A DNA stretch of 64,000 bases from an uncultured Alphaproteobacteria bacterium (GCA_902522465.1 CABYVV010000005.1:26361-90360); one strand, 5' to 3'. Positions 27,836 to 37,161 are shown, numbered from the stretch's first letter. Program-made: numbers and translations. The notes: generated by a model from the letters alone, not told the origin.

Positions 27836-28153
27836 ATGAGTGATGTAACATATATAAATAAAGATCTTTTAATGGAGGGCTCACTTGAGTCAAAAGATGG
27901 ACAGGTTGTAATTGCAGGTCATTATAAAGGAAATATTATTGCAAGGTCAGTTATAATTGAACAATCAGCTTTGTTCAATGGAAATATAAATGCAGAACAT
28001 CTCAAGGTTGAGGGCAAGGTAGATGGGGATATTACCGCAGATCTTCTTGAAGTATCTAATAGTGGGGTTATTGATGGTAAGTTAAAGACAAATTCTTTAT
28101 CCGTTGATACCGGCGCACAAATATCAGGAAATGTTGGAAGAATCTCTACTTAG
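27836..28153 (+). CDS. Bactofilin paralogue 3.
   Basis: The bactofilin repeat core (VVIAGHYKGNIIARSVIIEQSALFNGNINAEHLKVEGKVDGDITADLLEV...). It lies 2 nt after paralogue 2. Confidence 0.8.
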   Translation: MSDVTYINKDLLMEGSLESKDGQVVIAGHYKGNIIARSVIIEQSALFNGNINAEHLKVEGKVDGDITADLLEVSNSGVIDGKLKTNSLSVDTGAQISGNVGRIST

Positions 28154-28396
28154 TTCAAATTTCTTTTGAGTCTCTATACAGTTTTTAAAAAAATTAATTG
28201 TGTGTTCCTCACCATCAAATTTTTCCAGATTTATAGACGCAAACCTTCCAGCCGCAAGTGAAACTGCCCACAAATCACTTTTATCTATAGCATATTTACT
28301 TAAAATTAATTCAACTTCATCTCTTATCTGTTCCATTTTTTCCCTTTTTTTCTTAATCAAACAAGGAAATTTAATAACATTATTTATTTTTTTCAT
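28124..28396 (-). CDS. Hypothetical small protein.
   Basis: 90 aa with balanced, charged composition. It is convergent with the bactofilin operon. The overlapping plus-strand ORF at 28200-28451 has antisense-like F/L/I/S composition and was rejected. Confidence 0.45.
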   Translation of the reverse strand: MKKINNVIKFPCLIKKKREKMEQIRDEVELILSKYAIDKSDLWAVSLAAGRFASINLEKFDGEEHTINFFKNCIETQKKFELSRDSSNIS

Positions 28397-28477
28397 GAAA
28401 GTTTTAACGGCATATTTTAAAATTATTTTAATAAATTATTTATTTATTTAAATCAAAGTTTTAGATATATAATAAAA

Positions 28478-28867
28478 ATGGATATGAAAAAAAAACCTCA
28501 AAATCTTCCAGTTAAAGCTAAACAAAATGAAGTAATAACTGTTAACCAAGAGAAATCTAATACTTTAGATATTACTCAAAAACTTCACCATCTAAAAAAC
28601 AGAGCAGATGTAAGAAAATATCTTCCAGATATTTTAGGAAGAGTCTTAGCTAGAATTTGGATTGATTCTGACTTCAAAGAAGAATTTGAGAAAGATCCCC
28701 AAAAAACACTTGAATATAATGGTGTTTATCTTCCAGAAGATATGTCTATAGAGTTCCAAAAACCTAATTCAGATAGACCAAGAATTGTCGTGTATGAACA
28801 ACGACCTAACTCTAGATTTAAATTAAGAGTTCTTTATCTACAACTCATAATGATGGCAGGTAGGTGA
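28478..28867 (+). CDS. NHLP-type (nitrile hydratase leader peptide-like) domain protein with no core peptide.
   Basis: Residues 45-110 align with NHLP leaders: ARIWIDSDFKEEFEKDPQKTLEYNGVYLPEDMSIEF matches AKAWKDAEYKQRLLSDPKAVLEEELGMQLPEGLEVRVVEE. The protein terminates as ...MMAG-R-stop, where a Gly-Gly cleavage site and a core peptide would normally follow. Confidence 0.5.
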   Translation: MDMKKKPQNLPVKAKQNEVITVNQEKSNTLDITQKLHHLKNRADVRKYLPDILGRVLARIWIDSDFKEEFEKDPQKTLEYNGVYLPEDMSIEFQKPNSDRPRIVVYEQRPNSRFKLRVLYLQLIMMAGR

Positions 28868-29514
28868 AAAAATATATTTTTATAATTTTGTTCAATTGCG
28901 TCATTACAAACGTTTTTGCAGACAACCATAAAGATATTAAAAACAATATTATTGATGACGAAAGTTATTATAAAAAAGGAGTAGGTTTTTATGATAATGG
29001 GGAATTTAAAAAATCATTCATTGTTTTTTTCAATCTTGCTGAGAAAGGAAATAAGGATGCTATTTTTAACTTATCAAACATGTTTTATGAGGGAATTGGA
29101 ACAACGCAGGACTTCAGCAAATCTCTGGAATACACATGGCTGTGTTCATTAAATGGAAATAAAAGATGTTTAAAAAAGATCGAATCTATAGAAGAAAAGT
29201 TAGACAAAGATGAGTTCATTAAAATATCTCAAAGAATTCCAGAAATTTTAGAAAAGGATTTTGTAAATTTAAATGACAAAATTTCAGCTTTCAAACTAGG
29301 TTATTGGTATGAAAAAATTTCACCAGAAATTGATTTTGAAAAATCATATTTATGGTATTCTGTTTCTGTAACTGCTGGCGTTTATAAAGCAATGAAAATG
29401 AGAGATAGAGTTGGAAAGATGATTGAAAAAAAAAAAATTTTAGCTATTCAGGAACAAGCAAATCAGATTTATACTAAAGATATGTATTTTAACTCAAAAA
29501 AGGAAGATGAATGA
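28864..29514 (+). CDS. Secreted Sel1-like repeat (TPR-like) protein.
   Basis: A GTG start, a signal peptide (…NVFA-DNH) and Sel1 repeats (AIFNLSNMFYEGIGTTQDFSKSLEYTWLCSLNG; LGYWYEKISPEIDFEKSYLWYSVSVTAG). Confidence 0.6.
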   Translation: MKKYIFIILFNCVITNVFADNHKDIKNNIIDDESYYKKGVGFYDNGEFKKSFIVFFNLAEKGNKDAIFNLSNMFYEGIGTTQDFSKSLEYTWLCSLNGNKRCLKKIESIEEKLDKDEFIKISQRIPEILEKDFVNLNDKISAFKLGYWYEKISPEIDFEKSYLWYSVSVTAGVYKAMKMRDRVGKMIEKKKILAIQEQANQIYTKDMYFNSKKEDE

Positions 29515-29753
29515 TTTTTAAAGTTCATTGGATCATTGATGGTATAGCTGAAATAGACGCTAAAAGTAAAACAGAAGCTGAAAAAATAGTTCAGGAAGGT
29601 TTAGAAAATTACGTAAAAGAATCTGATGTTTTGATGAATAAGTTTGTTGCAAAGTCAATTCAAGGTACTGCATATGAACCAGGAAGTGATGAAAATAAAA
29701 AAAAAAATGAAGATGAAAACACTAAAACTAACACCGATTTGGAAAATTCTTAG
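29511..29753 (+). CDS. Hypothetical small protein.
   Basis: 80 aa. An ATGA start/stop overlap with the upstream gene suggests translational coupling. Confidence 0.3.
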   Translation: MIFKVHWIIDGIAEIDAKSKTEAEKIVQEGLENYVKESDVLMNKFVAKSIQGTAYEPGSDENKKKNEDENTKTNTDLENS

Positions 29754-30024
29754 CTTTACTTTAATATTCGCATTTCTCATTCCAACTACTGCTATTTCAC
29801 TCCCTAAATCTAAAGGCAGAACGTATGCGCCCGAGGAAGGAACCTTTGACAGAAGAAAAAGGATAGTAATTCAACCAAAATGTAGATTAATTAGTGAGAA
29901 AAAAATCCCTGACGATGTTATATGTACATATCAGTCTCAAAAAAGAGGAGCAAAAGAAAAACAAATATATTTAGGGTCACCAGGTAACACCTGTCAAAAA
30001 GAGATTGTATGCCCAAAGAAATAG
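29707..30024 (+). CDS. Hypothetical secreted small protein with four Cys.
   Basis: A signal peptide (MKMKTLKLTPIWKILSFTLIFAFLIPTTAISLP) and C-terminal Cys pairs. The true start is uncertain because it overlaps the previous ORF. Confidence 0.35.
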   Translation: MKMKTLKLTPIWKILSFTLIFAFLIPTTAISLPKSKGRTYAPEEGTFDRRKRIVIQPKCRLISEKKIPDDVICTYQSQKRGAKEKQIYLGSPGNTCQKEIVCPKK

Positions 30025-30029
30025 CTCAA

Positions 30030-30960
30030 ATGGAGTGGGAAAATAAATTATCATAAAATAAGATTAAGATGCTGGCAACTACTTGAACCAGGTCAGGAGA
30101 AAGATTATCTAAGCAAAATCATTGATCTTTTTCTATTAGCGTTAATAACACTTAATGTTTTTTCAGTAATACTAGAGACGGTCGATCAAGTATACTATAG
30201 ATTTGAGATTTATTTCTCACGCTTCGAATATTTTTCAGTATTTGTTTTTACAGTCGAATATTTATTAAGATTATGGTCTTGTGTCTCTGATAAAGTAAAT
30301 GAAGACACCAACTCAAAAAAAAGATTAAAATATATATTTAGTTTTGGAGCAATTATAGATGCAGTTGCCATATTGCCGAGTTTAATTGCAATTTTTTACC
30401 CATCAATTGATTTAAGGTTTATAAGAGCATTAAGAATAATAAGGTTACTAAAATTCTCCAGATATTCTGGTTCTATAAATAGTCTTATTTCTGTTTTATG
30501 GGATCAAAGAAGATCATTTGGCGCTGCATTTTTTTTACTTTTCATTGCGCTTATAATAGTTTCAAGTGGAATGTATCTTGTAGAAAAAGATATTCAACCA
30601 GAAAAGTTTGGAAGCATCCCACACTCCATGTGGTGGGCACTAGTGACACTCACAACAGTTGGATATGGAGATGTATACCCTGTAACACCTTTAGGAAAAA
30701 TGTTTGGATCAATAAGTATTATCCTTGGCATCGGTACAGTTGCATTGCCAGCGGGGATAATGGCATCTGCTTTTACTGAATTCACAAGACGCAATCAAAA
30801 ACGCTACGAAGATAAATTTAAAGATATGCTACAAGATGATGTAATTGATAAGGATGAAAGAGAAGAACTTAAATTATTATCTGAAAAACTCAATTTGTCT
30901 GACGAAGATATAGGTGCAATAGAAGAGCATTATAAGGAAAGAAAAAAAAAAGAAAACTAA
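30030..30960 (+). CDS. Voltage-gated K+ channel (6TM Kv-type) with an apparent +1 frameshift near the 5' end.
   Basis: The selectivity filter TTVGYGD and an S4 with repeated basic residues (RALRIIRLLKFSRY). The channel reading frame is open from 30025, but it has no ATG, GTG or TTG start until 30373, downstream of S1-S4. An ATG at 30030 (MEWENKLS*) lies in the +2 frame. Removing one A from the A4 run at 30039-42 gives the continuous ORF MEWEINYHKIRLRCWQLLEPG... Confidence 0.6.
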
Positions 30961-33900
30961 CCTACTGAACCTATAAAATGAGTTATGCCAGTGCTCACCC
31001 TCCTTGCACATTCATACAATGCTTCCAATTGCTTAAATATATTTTTTTCTTCTTTAGTGTAATTGATATTCGTTTCACTGACATAATTTGATTTATCTGA
31101 AAATCCTGAATTAGAAGTCTTTTCCCTTCCTACAGGAAAAATTTTCCTCAATATACTTACAGCGTCAACCACATCAAATCGTATTAACTTAGCTATAATT
31201 TCATCTCTTGAAGTACCTGCTTGATCACTAAATTTTGGAACTCTTACTGAAAGTAAAAAAATTTCATGAAAGATAGCTACTCTTACTCCATGCATAAGTA
31301 ATAATTCGTCTCTGATCTCTTTTTCAATTACTCTTCCTCTTCCCACTGCAATTCTGCCTCTAAGTTTTCTTCCCAAAATCCAATTTCTAATTTCCATATA
31401 CTCTTGATGTAATTTTCTGTAAACTTTGTGAAGTCTCCAATGTACATCAAATTTTTCAAGGAGGTTAGCGACTTCTTTCATATTTTCACTCCTTTCAGAA
31501 TCAGCTGTTCTTGTCGACCAAGAAAGCCACATTCCTGGATCAAAACAATCTATATATGCTTTAAGGACTTCAATATCACTAAATGCAAATGCATGCTGTA
31601 CAATATCCATTATTCTCCTGAACCTCTCTGATTTGTTGTAATATTTTATAAATTTTTTTGGATCTTTTTTTAAATAACTACCAATGCCACCGAGTGAGTT
31701 TGCAAGCATACCAAGTTGTTGTAAAATTGAATTTTGAGGGATTGCTCTTGTTTGGCTTGGATGATAAACTAATGTTTTTACTGAATTATCAACATGCCTT
31801 TTCACAGATCTTGAACCAGTTGAATGAGTTAAGTTTGATCCAAAAATATTTAAGAGAGCTGCATAGTTTGGATCATCCATAATTTCAGTGTTAAAGTTTT
31901 TAATTGTATTTACAAATTCAATCCCAAAATCAGGTGATTCATAAAATGGATCATTAACAAAAAGATTTTCTTTGCCAAAACAAAACTCAACTATTCTTGA
32001 AATAGACGCTAATGCTAGGTCATGATTCATAAAATGCTGATAACCATCACCACCCTGAAAACTAATTTCCTGAATTAAATTAATTTTCCATTCTTTAAGT
32101 TTTTTTCTTGTATAATTACAATTAACATATTTCAGCCTATCTGATAAAGATACTGGGTGCCCGCCTCTTCCGATAGACTCTCCATGTGTGTTAAATATTA
32201 ATAATTTAACTTCGGTAAGGTTGTGATCATGCATTGCTTTAGCAATTTTTCTTTGTAAATTTTCTATTGAGAGAACTGCAGCTGACTGACCCAAATATCT
32301 TCCTGCGTCAGAAAAACCTGTTTGAACGGTAAGTTTTTTTCTAGAAATCAGATATTTTTTAAAATTATGGTTTTTTAACAACGTCTTAATAACATCATGA
32401 CCCATTTCTAGACCCCGTTCAGTCTCAAACAATGGCGATATATCAATTTTTTCTTCAACACCAAATAATTTTGAGAAGTATAAAGCAGTCATTACAGTTA
32501 ATGGATAATCACACTCGGCTATAAGAAATCTAATAGGTTGATTTTCATCAATATACTTTAAGATTTGTTTTGTTAACATAAAATACCTTCTTGCATTCAT
32601 ATTTTCTTCAAATATGCTACCAAAATTTATTTTCACCGGTTTTACTTTATCGATTAATCTGGAAATAATGTTTAAGTATGTAATTTTATTTGAAGGATCA
32701 TTTGGGTCACCGGTTAAATCAATTTCCTTTGAAATCGCATTATTAAGTTGATTCGCATTTAATCTTAAGTGCGTTCTGCCTAAACCAAGTCCAAAGTTAA
32801 TAATCTCAATTTTCATAAGAATTAGACTATCAATTACTTTTTGTTGTTCATTAATCTCTTTTTTCCTAATTGAAGCAATTAATTGATCAAAAATAATAGT
32901 AAGTTGGTTTGTATTTGTTAATAATTTTGATTTATTTTTATGCATAAAATTTGAAATTTTCTTTATGAGAGAAAAATCATCTACAAAAGCTTTTTGCGAA
33001 AAACTTTCATGAGCCTCAGTATTAACTGATATTGAATGATTTAAAATCTCTTTGACTTTAAATAGCTCTTTTTTTAATGATTTACTTTTAGAATCTTTGA
33101 TAAGTTGATCTAAGCTTTCATTATACAACTCCAATTGAGCTAATTTTACCTCAAGCCTTTTTGCAAAACTATCATTCCAGAAAATATCTCCTCTTCCATC
33201 AACATCATATCCTACCCAAGTGTAAAGTTTGAATATTTGTGGTTGAATATGATAATACTCATCAGGGTATAAATTTTTTGATACATCTAAAACAACTTTA
33301 AAAAATGTCTTTAGTGATTTTTGTAAGTATTTTAATGCTGACATTGACAACTTGTGTTCAAAATCAAGCGTTATTTTTTTTTCAGGTCTTTGCTCTGTTT
33401 TAAAAACTTCTTTTACGATTTTTTTAAGTTCTTTATCAGTTAAATATTTGTTTTTTTCTTTAGATGTTGCTAACTTTGCTAATTCAATCATCATTTTGTA
33501 TGTCATTCCAAAGGTAGGATGTGCAGTTAAAACTATTCCAAACACTTCTGTTTTTAAAATTGAATTAAACTCCTCAAAAGATATCAGAGTATTTTTTTTA
33601 TAAGCTAGGGACTTTATATGTTTTTCAATGACCAAGATATTTTTTTTTAAATCAGTAGTTCCCATGTAAGATTTTAGTCTATCTGCTCTAAGTCCAAATG
33701 ATCCAACTGCAAGTCTTTGTATAAGTGCTTCAAGGGCAGAGTAATTTAATTTATTTTTTTCCAATCTTCTAGAAATATCAAGTGCAAGCATTGTTATAGA
33801 ATTAGAAAAAGGATCTTTTTCAGCCCCAGATCTAATTTTATCTAAGTCTTTTTGGAGTATTTTTCTTAATTGTTGAGTATCTATATCCCTGTCTACTGGA

Positions 33901-33986
33901 AAACAACTCCATGTTTCGGGCAATAATGGTTTCCTATATAAATCCATTTCCGAATGAGATAATTTTCTTATATTTATACTTGTCAT
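30957..33986 (-). CDS. Phosphoenolpyruvate carboxylase family protein, divergent and 1009 aa.
   Basis: The PEPC catalytic motifs are present in the canonical order and spacing: VLTAHPTF (the TAHPT His loop), GFSDAGRY (compare GYSDSGKDAG) and FNTHGESIGRGGHP (compare FHGRGGxxGRGGxP). The C-terminal residue is Gly. The N-terminus and the overall length are atypical. Confidence 0.5.
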   Translation of the reverse strand: MTSINIRKLSHSEMDLYRKPLLPETWSCFPVDRDIDTQQLRKILQKDLDKIRSGAEKDPFSNSITMLALDISRRLEKNKLNYSALEALIQRLAVGSFGLRADRLKSYMGTTDLKKNILVIEKHIKSLAYKKNTLISFEEFNSILKTEVFGIVLTAHPTFGMTYKMMIELAKLATSKEKNKYLTDKELKKIVKEVFKTEQRPEKKITLDFEHKLSMSALKYLQKSLKTFFKVVLDVSKNLYPDEYYHIQPQIFKLYTWVGYDVDGRGDIFWNDSFAKRLEVKLAQLELYNESLDQLIKDSKSKSLKKELFKVKEILNHSISVNTEAHESFSQKAFVDDFSLIKKISNFMHKNKSKLLTNTNQLTIIFDQLIASIRKKEINEQQKVIDSLILMKIEIINFGLGLGRTHLRLNANQLNNAISKEIDLTGDPNDPSNKITYLNIISRLIDKVKPVKINFGSIFEENMNARRYFMLTKQILKYIDENQPIRFLIAECDYPLTVMTALYFSKLFGVEEKIDISPLFETERGLEMGHDVIKTLLKNHNFKKYLISRKKLTVQTGFSDAGRYLGQSAAVLSIENLQRKIAKAMHDHNLTEVKLLIFNTHGESIGRGGHPVSLSDRLKYVNCNYTRKKLKEWKINLIQEISFQGGDGYQHFMNHDLALASISRIVEFCFGKENLFVNDPFYESPDFGIEFVNTIKNFNTEIMDDPNYAALLNIFGSNLTHSTGSRSVKRHVDNSVKTLVYHPSQTRAIPQNSILQQLGMLANSLGGIGSYLKKDPKKFIKYYNKSERFRRIMDIVQHAFAFSDIEVLKAYIDCFDPGMWLSWSTRTADSERSENMKEVANLLEKFDVHWRLHKVYRKLHQEYMEIRNWILGRKLRGRIAVGRGRVIEKEIRDELLLMHGVRVAIFHEIFLLSVRVPKFSDQAGTSRDEIIAKLIRFDVVDAVSILRKIFPVGREKTSNSGFSDKSNYVSETNINYTKEEKNIFKQLEALYECARRVSTGITHFIGSVG

Positions 33987-34061
33987 GTTGCGAAAAATTA
34001 TATATTAGGTTTATATCATAAATTGCTATCATTAATATGATGTTTTAAAAGAAAATATTTA

Positions 34062-34832
34062 ATGGCTCTCTTAAAAGAAAAAGTTACACACATTCACCAC
34101 TGGACAGATAAAACCTTTAGTTTTAAAACAACTCGTAACCCTGGGTTTAGGTTTAAAAATGGAGAATTTGCAATGATAGGTTTGGAAATAGAGGGAAAGC
34201 CATTGCTAAGAGCATACTCTGTTGTTAGCCCAAATCATGAAGATCACCTTGAATTCCTTAGTATAAAAGTTCCTAATGGTCCATTAACTAGTAAACTTCA
34301 ACACATTAAAGAAAATGATGAAATCGTTGTTAATTCAAAACCAACTGGAACATTGGTGTGTGATTATCTTCTGCCAGGAAGAAATCTTTTTTTATTTTCT
34401 ACTGGTACTGGATTAGCTCCATTTATGAGTATTGTGAGAGATCCAGAAACATATGAAAAATTTGAAAAAATAATTTTAACCCATACAGTACGTAAAGTTA
34501 ATGAATTAGCTTATAAAGATTTATTAGATAATCTCAATAGTGATGATGTGTATAGAGAGGTAACTAAAGGACAATTTATTTATTTTAATACAGTGACGAG
34601 AGAAACTTGGGAGAGAGAAGGAAGAATAACAGATTGGATAACAAATAAAAAACTCTGGAGTAAGGTTAATGTTCCTGAATTTAATCCTTCACATGATAGA
34701 GTCATGATCTGTGGTTCTGAATCAATGACATTCGATTTGAAGAAAATTTTTGAAGACATGGGCTCTTCAGAAGGATCAACAAAGATTCAGGGAGGGTTTG
34801 TTATTGAAAAAGCCTTTGCTGAAAAATCATGA
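34062..34832 (+). CDS. fpr: Ferredoxin/flavodoxin-NADP+ reductase.
   Basis: 256 aa, colinear with E. coli Fpr: WTDKTFSF, GEFAMIGLEIEGKPLLRAYS, and the FAD and NADP-binding regions (GTGLAPFMSI). Confidence 0.85.
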   Translation: MALLKEKVTHIHHWTDKTFSFKTTRNPGFRFKNGEFAMIGLEIEGKPLLRAYSVVSPNHEDHLEFLSIKVPNGPLTSKLQHIKENDEIVVNSKPTGTLVCDYLLPGRNLFLFSTGTGLAPFMSIVRDPETYEKFEKIILTHTVRKVNELAYKDLLDNLNSDDVYREVTKGQFIYFNTVTRETWEREGRITDWITNKKLWSKVNVPEFNPSHDRVMICGSESMTFDLKKIFEDMGSSEGSTKIQGGFVIEKAFAEKS

Positions 34833-35467
34833 TTAAATTAATTTATTTTGACTTTAATTTTTGGAGAATAGATATATTAAGATTAAGTCTAGCTCATTCT
34901 AATATTCCTTATAAGTTTGAACGTTTGGTAAGAAATGAATGGCCAAACAATAAGAAAAAATTTCCGTTTGGTCAACTTCCTGTAATGGTTTTAAATAAAA
35001 AGGTATTTTCTCACACACATTCGTTAGCAAGATATTGTGCAAAAAAAGCAATGCTTTACGATGAAAATGAAATTAAAATTTTAGTAATTGATCAAGTTTT
35101 GGACTGGGCAAATGAAATAACAAATCTAATTGCTCCATCAATAAGAGCAGCTATGCGTGAAAAAAATTTTGAAAAATCAAAAAAATTAAGATTAGCTTTT
35201 ATAAAAAATGACCTATTAATATGGTTTTCTTATTTACAATCACTGTTTCAGAAATCCTCAATAAATGGTCAATTTTTTACAGACAAATTTAGTATTGCAG
35301 ATATTACGGCTTGGAGGGTTATTTATTGGTTTACGTCAGGACATCTAGATATGATTGACAAAACCTTTATTGACAAATTACCAGACTTAAAAAAGTTTTA
35401 TGAAAATATAAATAATTACCAACCACTCACAAAACTTCCAGAGTTTAAGGCTATTACTAAGAATTAA
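34829..35467 (+). CDS. Glutathione S-transferase family protein.
   Basis: An N-terminal thioredoxin-like fold (FGQLPVMVLNKKVFSHTHSLARY) and a C-terminal helical domain. Confidence 0.55.
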   Translation: MIKLIYFDFNFWRIDILRLSLAHSNIPYKFERLVRNEWPNNKKKFPFGQLPVMVLNKKVFSHTHSLARYCAKKAMLYDENEIKILVIDQVLDWANEITNLIAPSIRAAMREKNFEKSKKLRLAFIKNDLLIWFSYLQSLFQKSSINGQFFTDKFSIADITAWRVIYWFTSGHLDMIDKTFIDKLPDLKKFYENINNYQPLTKLPEFKAITKN

Positions 35468-36726
35468 TTTTTACCAGAAATTTGAATCTCAATAGGAAAT
35501 TTTTTTCTCATCCAAAAAAGAATTAATAAACCAGGTAAACCAAATATAGTTGAAATAATAAAAAAATTACCCCAGCCAAATGATTCCACTATGAATCCTG
35601 AAGGTGAGGATAAGAATGTTCTTGCCAGACCCATAAAAGAAGAAAGCAATGCATATTGTGTTGCGGAATACTCTTTCTTGCATAATACTGATAGATAAGC
35701 TACAAACGCCGCTGATCCCAAACCTCCTGAAAAATTTTCTCCAGCAACTGTAATAAGCAAAAATACAAAATCTGCCCCGACACTATTTAACATAACATAT
35801 AACAAGTTTGAAAATATTTGAAAGATCCCTGAGACAATCAAAGAATTAATTAAACCAACTTGATTTACTAAATAACCACCGATAAAAACTCCAAATAATG
35901 TCATTATCACACCAAAAATCTTGCTTGCATTAGCAATCTCTATATTTGAGAAGCCTATTTTAACGTAAAATGGATTCGCCATTATACCAGCAACAACATC
36001 TCCAAACTTAAAAAAAAATATAAATAGTAGAACTATTCCTATTTTTAAAAAACTATTTCTACATACAAACTCTTTGAAAGGGGCTAAAAGGTTCTCATTA
36101 TTGTTATTGATTTCACTAACACTTTCTAACTTTATGAGAAATATTGTAAATATTGACAGCACAAAAATTATTCCAGAAATAATTATAAAAACTATGGGCC
36201 AGGAGTATAAATTTTTAAGATAAAGAGAACCAGCACCTGCTAAAATACCTCCAAACCTATAACCAAATTGAGTTGCGGCCGCTCCTGCTCCTTGCAGTTC
36301 ATCATTAAGAATTTCAATTCTAAAAGCATCAATAACTATGTCTTGATTTGCAGAAAAAAAGGCTGTTGATAAAGCAAAAAATGCTGTTAGAAGTAAATTT
36401 TGGGAAGGATTACTTGATCCTAAAAATATTAGGGAAATTATTAAAAAAATTTGAGTTATTAATAACCAGGATTTTCTCATTCCCAGATACTTTGAGAGAA
36501 TAGGTATTTTATAAGTATCAACAATTGGAGCCCAGAGAAATTTTAAACTCCATGGTATCTGGGTCAATGCGAATAATCCAACTGTTGAGATATCGATGTT
36601 TTCTCGTGTTAACCAAATAAATAAGGTTGATAACACCATATAAAGTGGGATACCACTGGCTATTCCCATTAAAAAAATTACAAATATTTTTTTGGATAAA
36701 TAAATATTTAAAAAATTCTTATTCAT
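35464..36726 (-). CDS. ampG: AmpG-family MFS muropeptide permease.
   Basis: A 420 aa 12-TM MFS protein. The N-terminus GIPLYMVLSTLFIWLTRENIDISTVGLF...LKFLWAPIVDTY matches the AmpG signature. Confidence 0.7.
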   Translation of the reverse strand: MNKNFLNIYLSKKIFVIFLMGIASGIPLYMVLSTLFIWLTRENIDISTVGLFALTQIPWSLKFLWAPIVDTYKIPILSKYLGMRKSWLLITQIFLIISLIFLGSSNPSQNLLLTAFFALSTAFFSANQDIVIDAFRIEILNDELQGAGAAATQFGYRFGGILAGAGSLYLKNLYSWPIVFIIISGIIFVLSIFTIFLIKLESVSEINNNNENLLAPFKEFVCRNSFLKIGIVLLFIFFFKFGDVVAGIMANPFYVKIGFSNIEIANASKIFGVIMTLFGVFIGGYLVNQVGLINSLIVSGIFQIFSNLLYVMLNSVGADFVFLLITVAGENFSGGLGSAAFVAYLSVLCKKEYSATQYALLSSFMGLARTFLSSPSGFIVESFGWGNFFIISTIFGLPGLLILFWMRKKFPIEIQISGKN

Positions 36727-36768
36727 AATTATTGTTGAATTTTAGTTTATAATAACAATAATAGGTAT

Positions 36769-37161
36769 ATGTTAATTAAAATAATCATTTATTGTTTTTC
36801 ATTCTTAAGTCTAGTTTCATTTGAAAAAGCAAATTCCTCTGATCACATTCCAAATATTGTAGGAACTTGGGTAGGCGTAAACAAAACATTATCAGAACAA
36901 AGAGGATTCAGAACCTGGGAAAAAAAAGTAGAGATACTTGAACAAAAAGGAAGAAGGTTTAAAGGTACATTTTCATATACCGACGGAACAAAAAATTTTT
37001 TCGGGGTAATCCACCCGGATAACGTGACTGTAACATGGGTTGCTTCAAATAGTAGAGGCTACAATTTAGGAAAGCTATTAGATAAAAATAGATTAAGTGC
37101 TTGTTATGTAGAATCTGGAATTGACGCAACAGCAGGCTGCGCAGATTTAGAAAGAAAATAA
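36769..37161 (+). CDS. Hypothetical secreted protein.
   Basis: 130 aa with a signal peptide and no recognised domain. Confidence 0.4.
   Translation: MLIKIIIYCFSFLSLVSFEKANSSDHIPNIVGTWVGVNKTLSEQRGFRTWEKKVEILEQKGRRFKGTFSYTDGTKNFFGVIHPDNVTVTWVASNSRGYNLGKLLDKNRLSACYVESGIDATAGCADLERK

Noticed and set aside
28200-28451. An 83 aa plus-strand ORF overlapping the minus-strand 90 aa ORF.
   Set aside because: Its composition is F/L/I/S-rich and looks like antisense translation, whereas the minus-strand ORF has a protein-like charged composition. The minus-strand gene was kept.
28478-30024. The NHLP-like gene, the Sel1 protein and the secreted Cys peptides, considered together as a RiPP biosynthetic cluster.
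   Set aside because: There is no cyclodehydratase, dehydrogenase, radical SAM enzyme, LanM/LanB or C39 ABC exporter anywhere in the window. The NHLP protein itself has no core peptide.
30498-30794. Two alternative-frame ORFs, 30498-30779 on the plus strand and 30594-30794 on the minus strand, inside the K+ channel gene.
   Set aside because: They are embedded within a CDS that has clear pore and selectivity-filter motifs.
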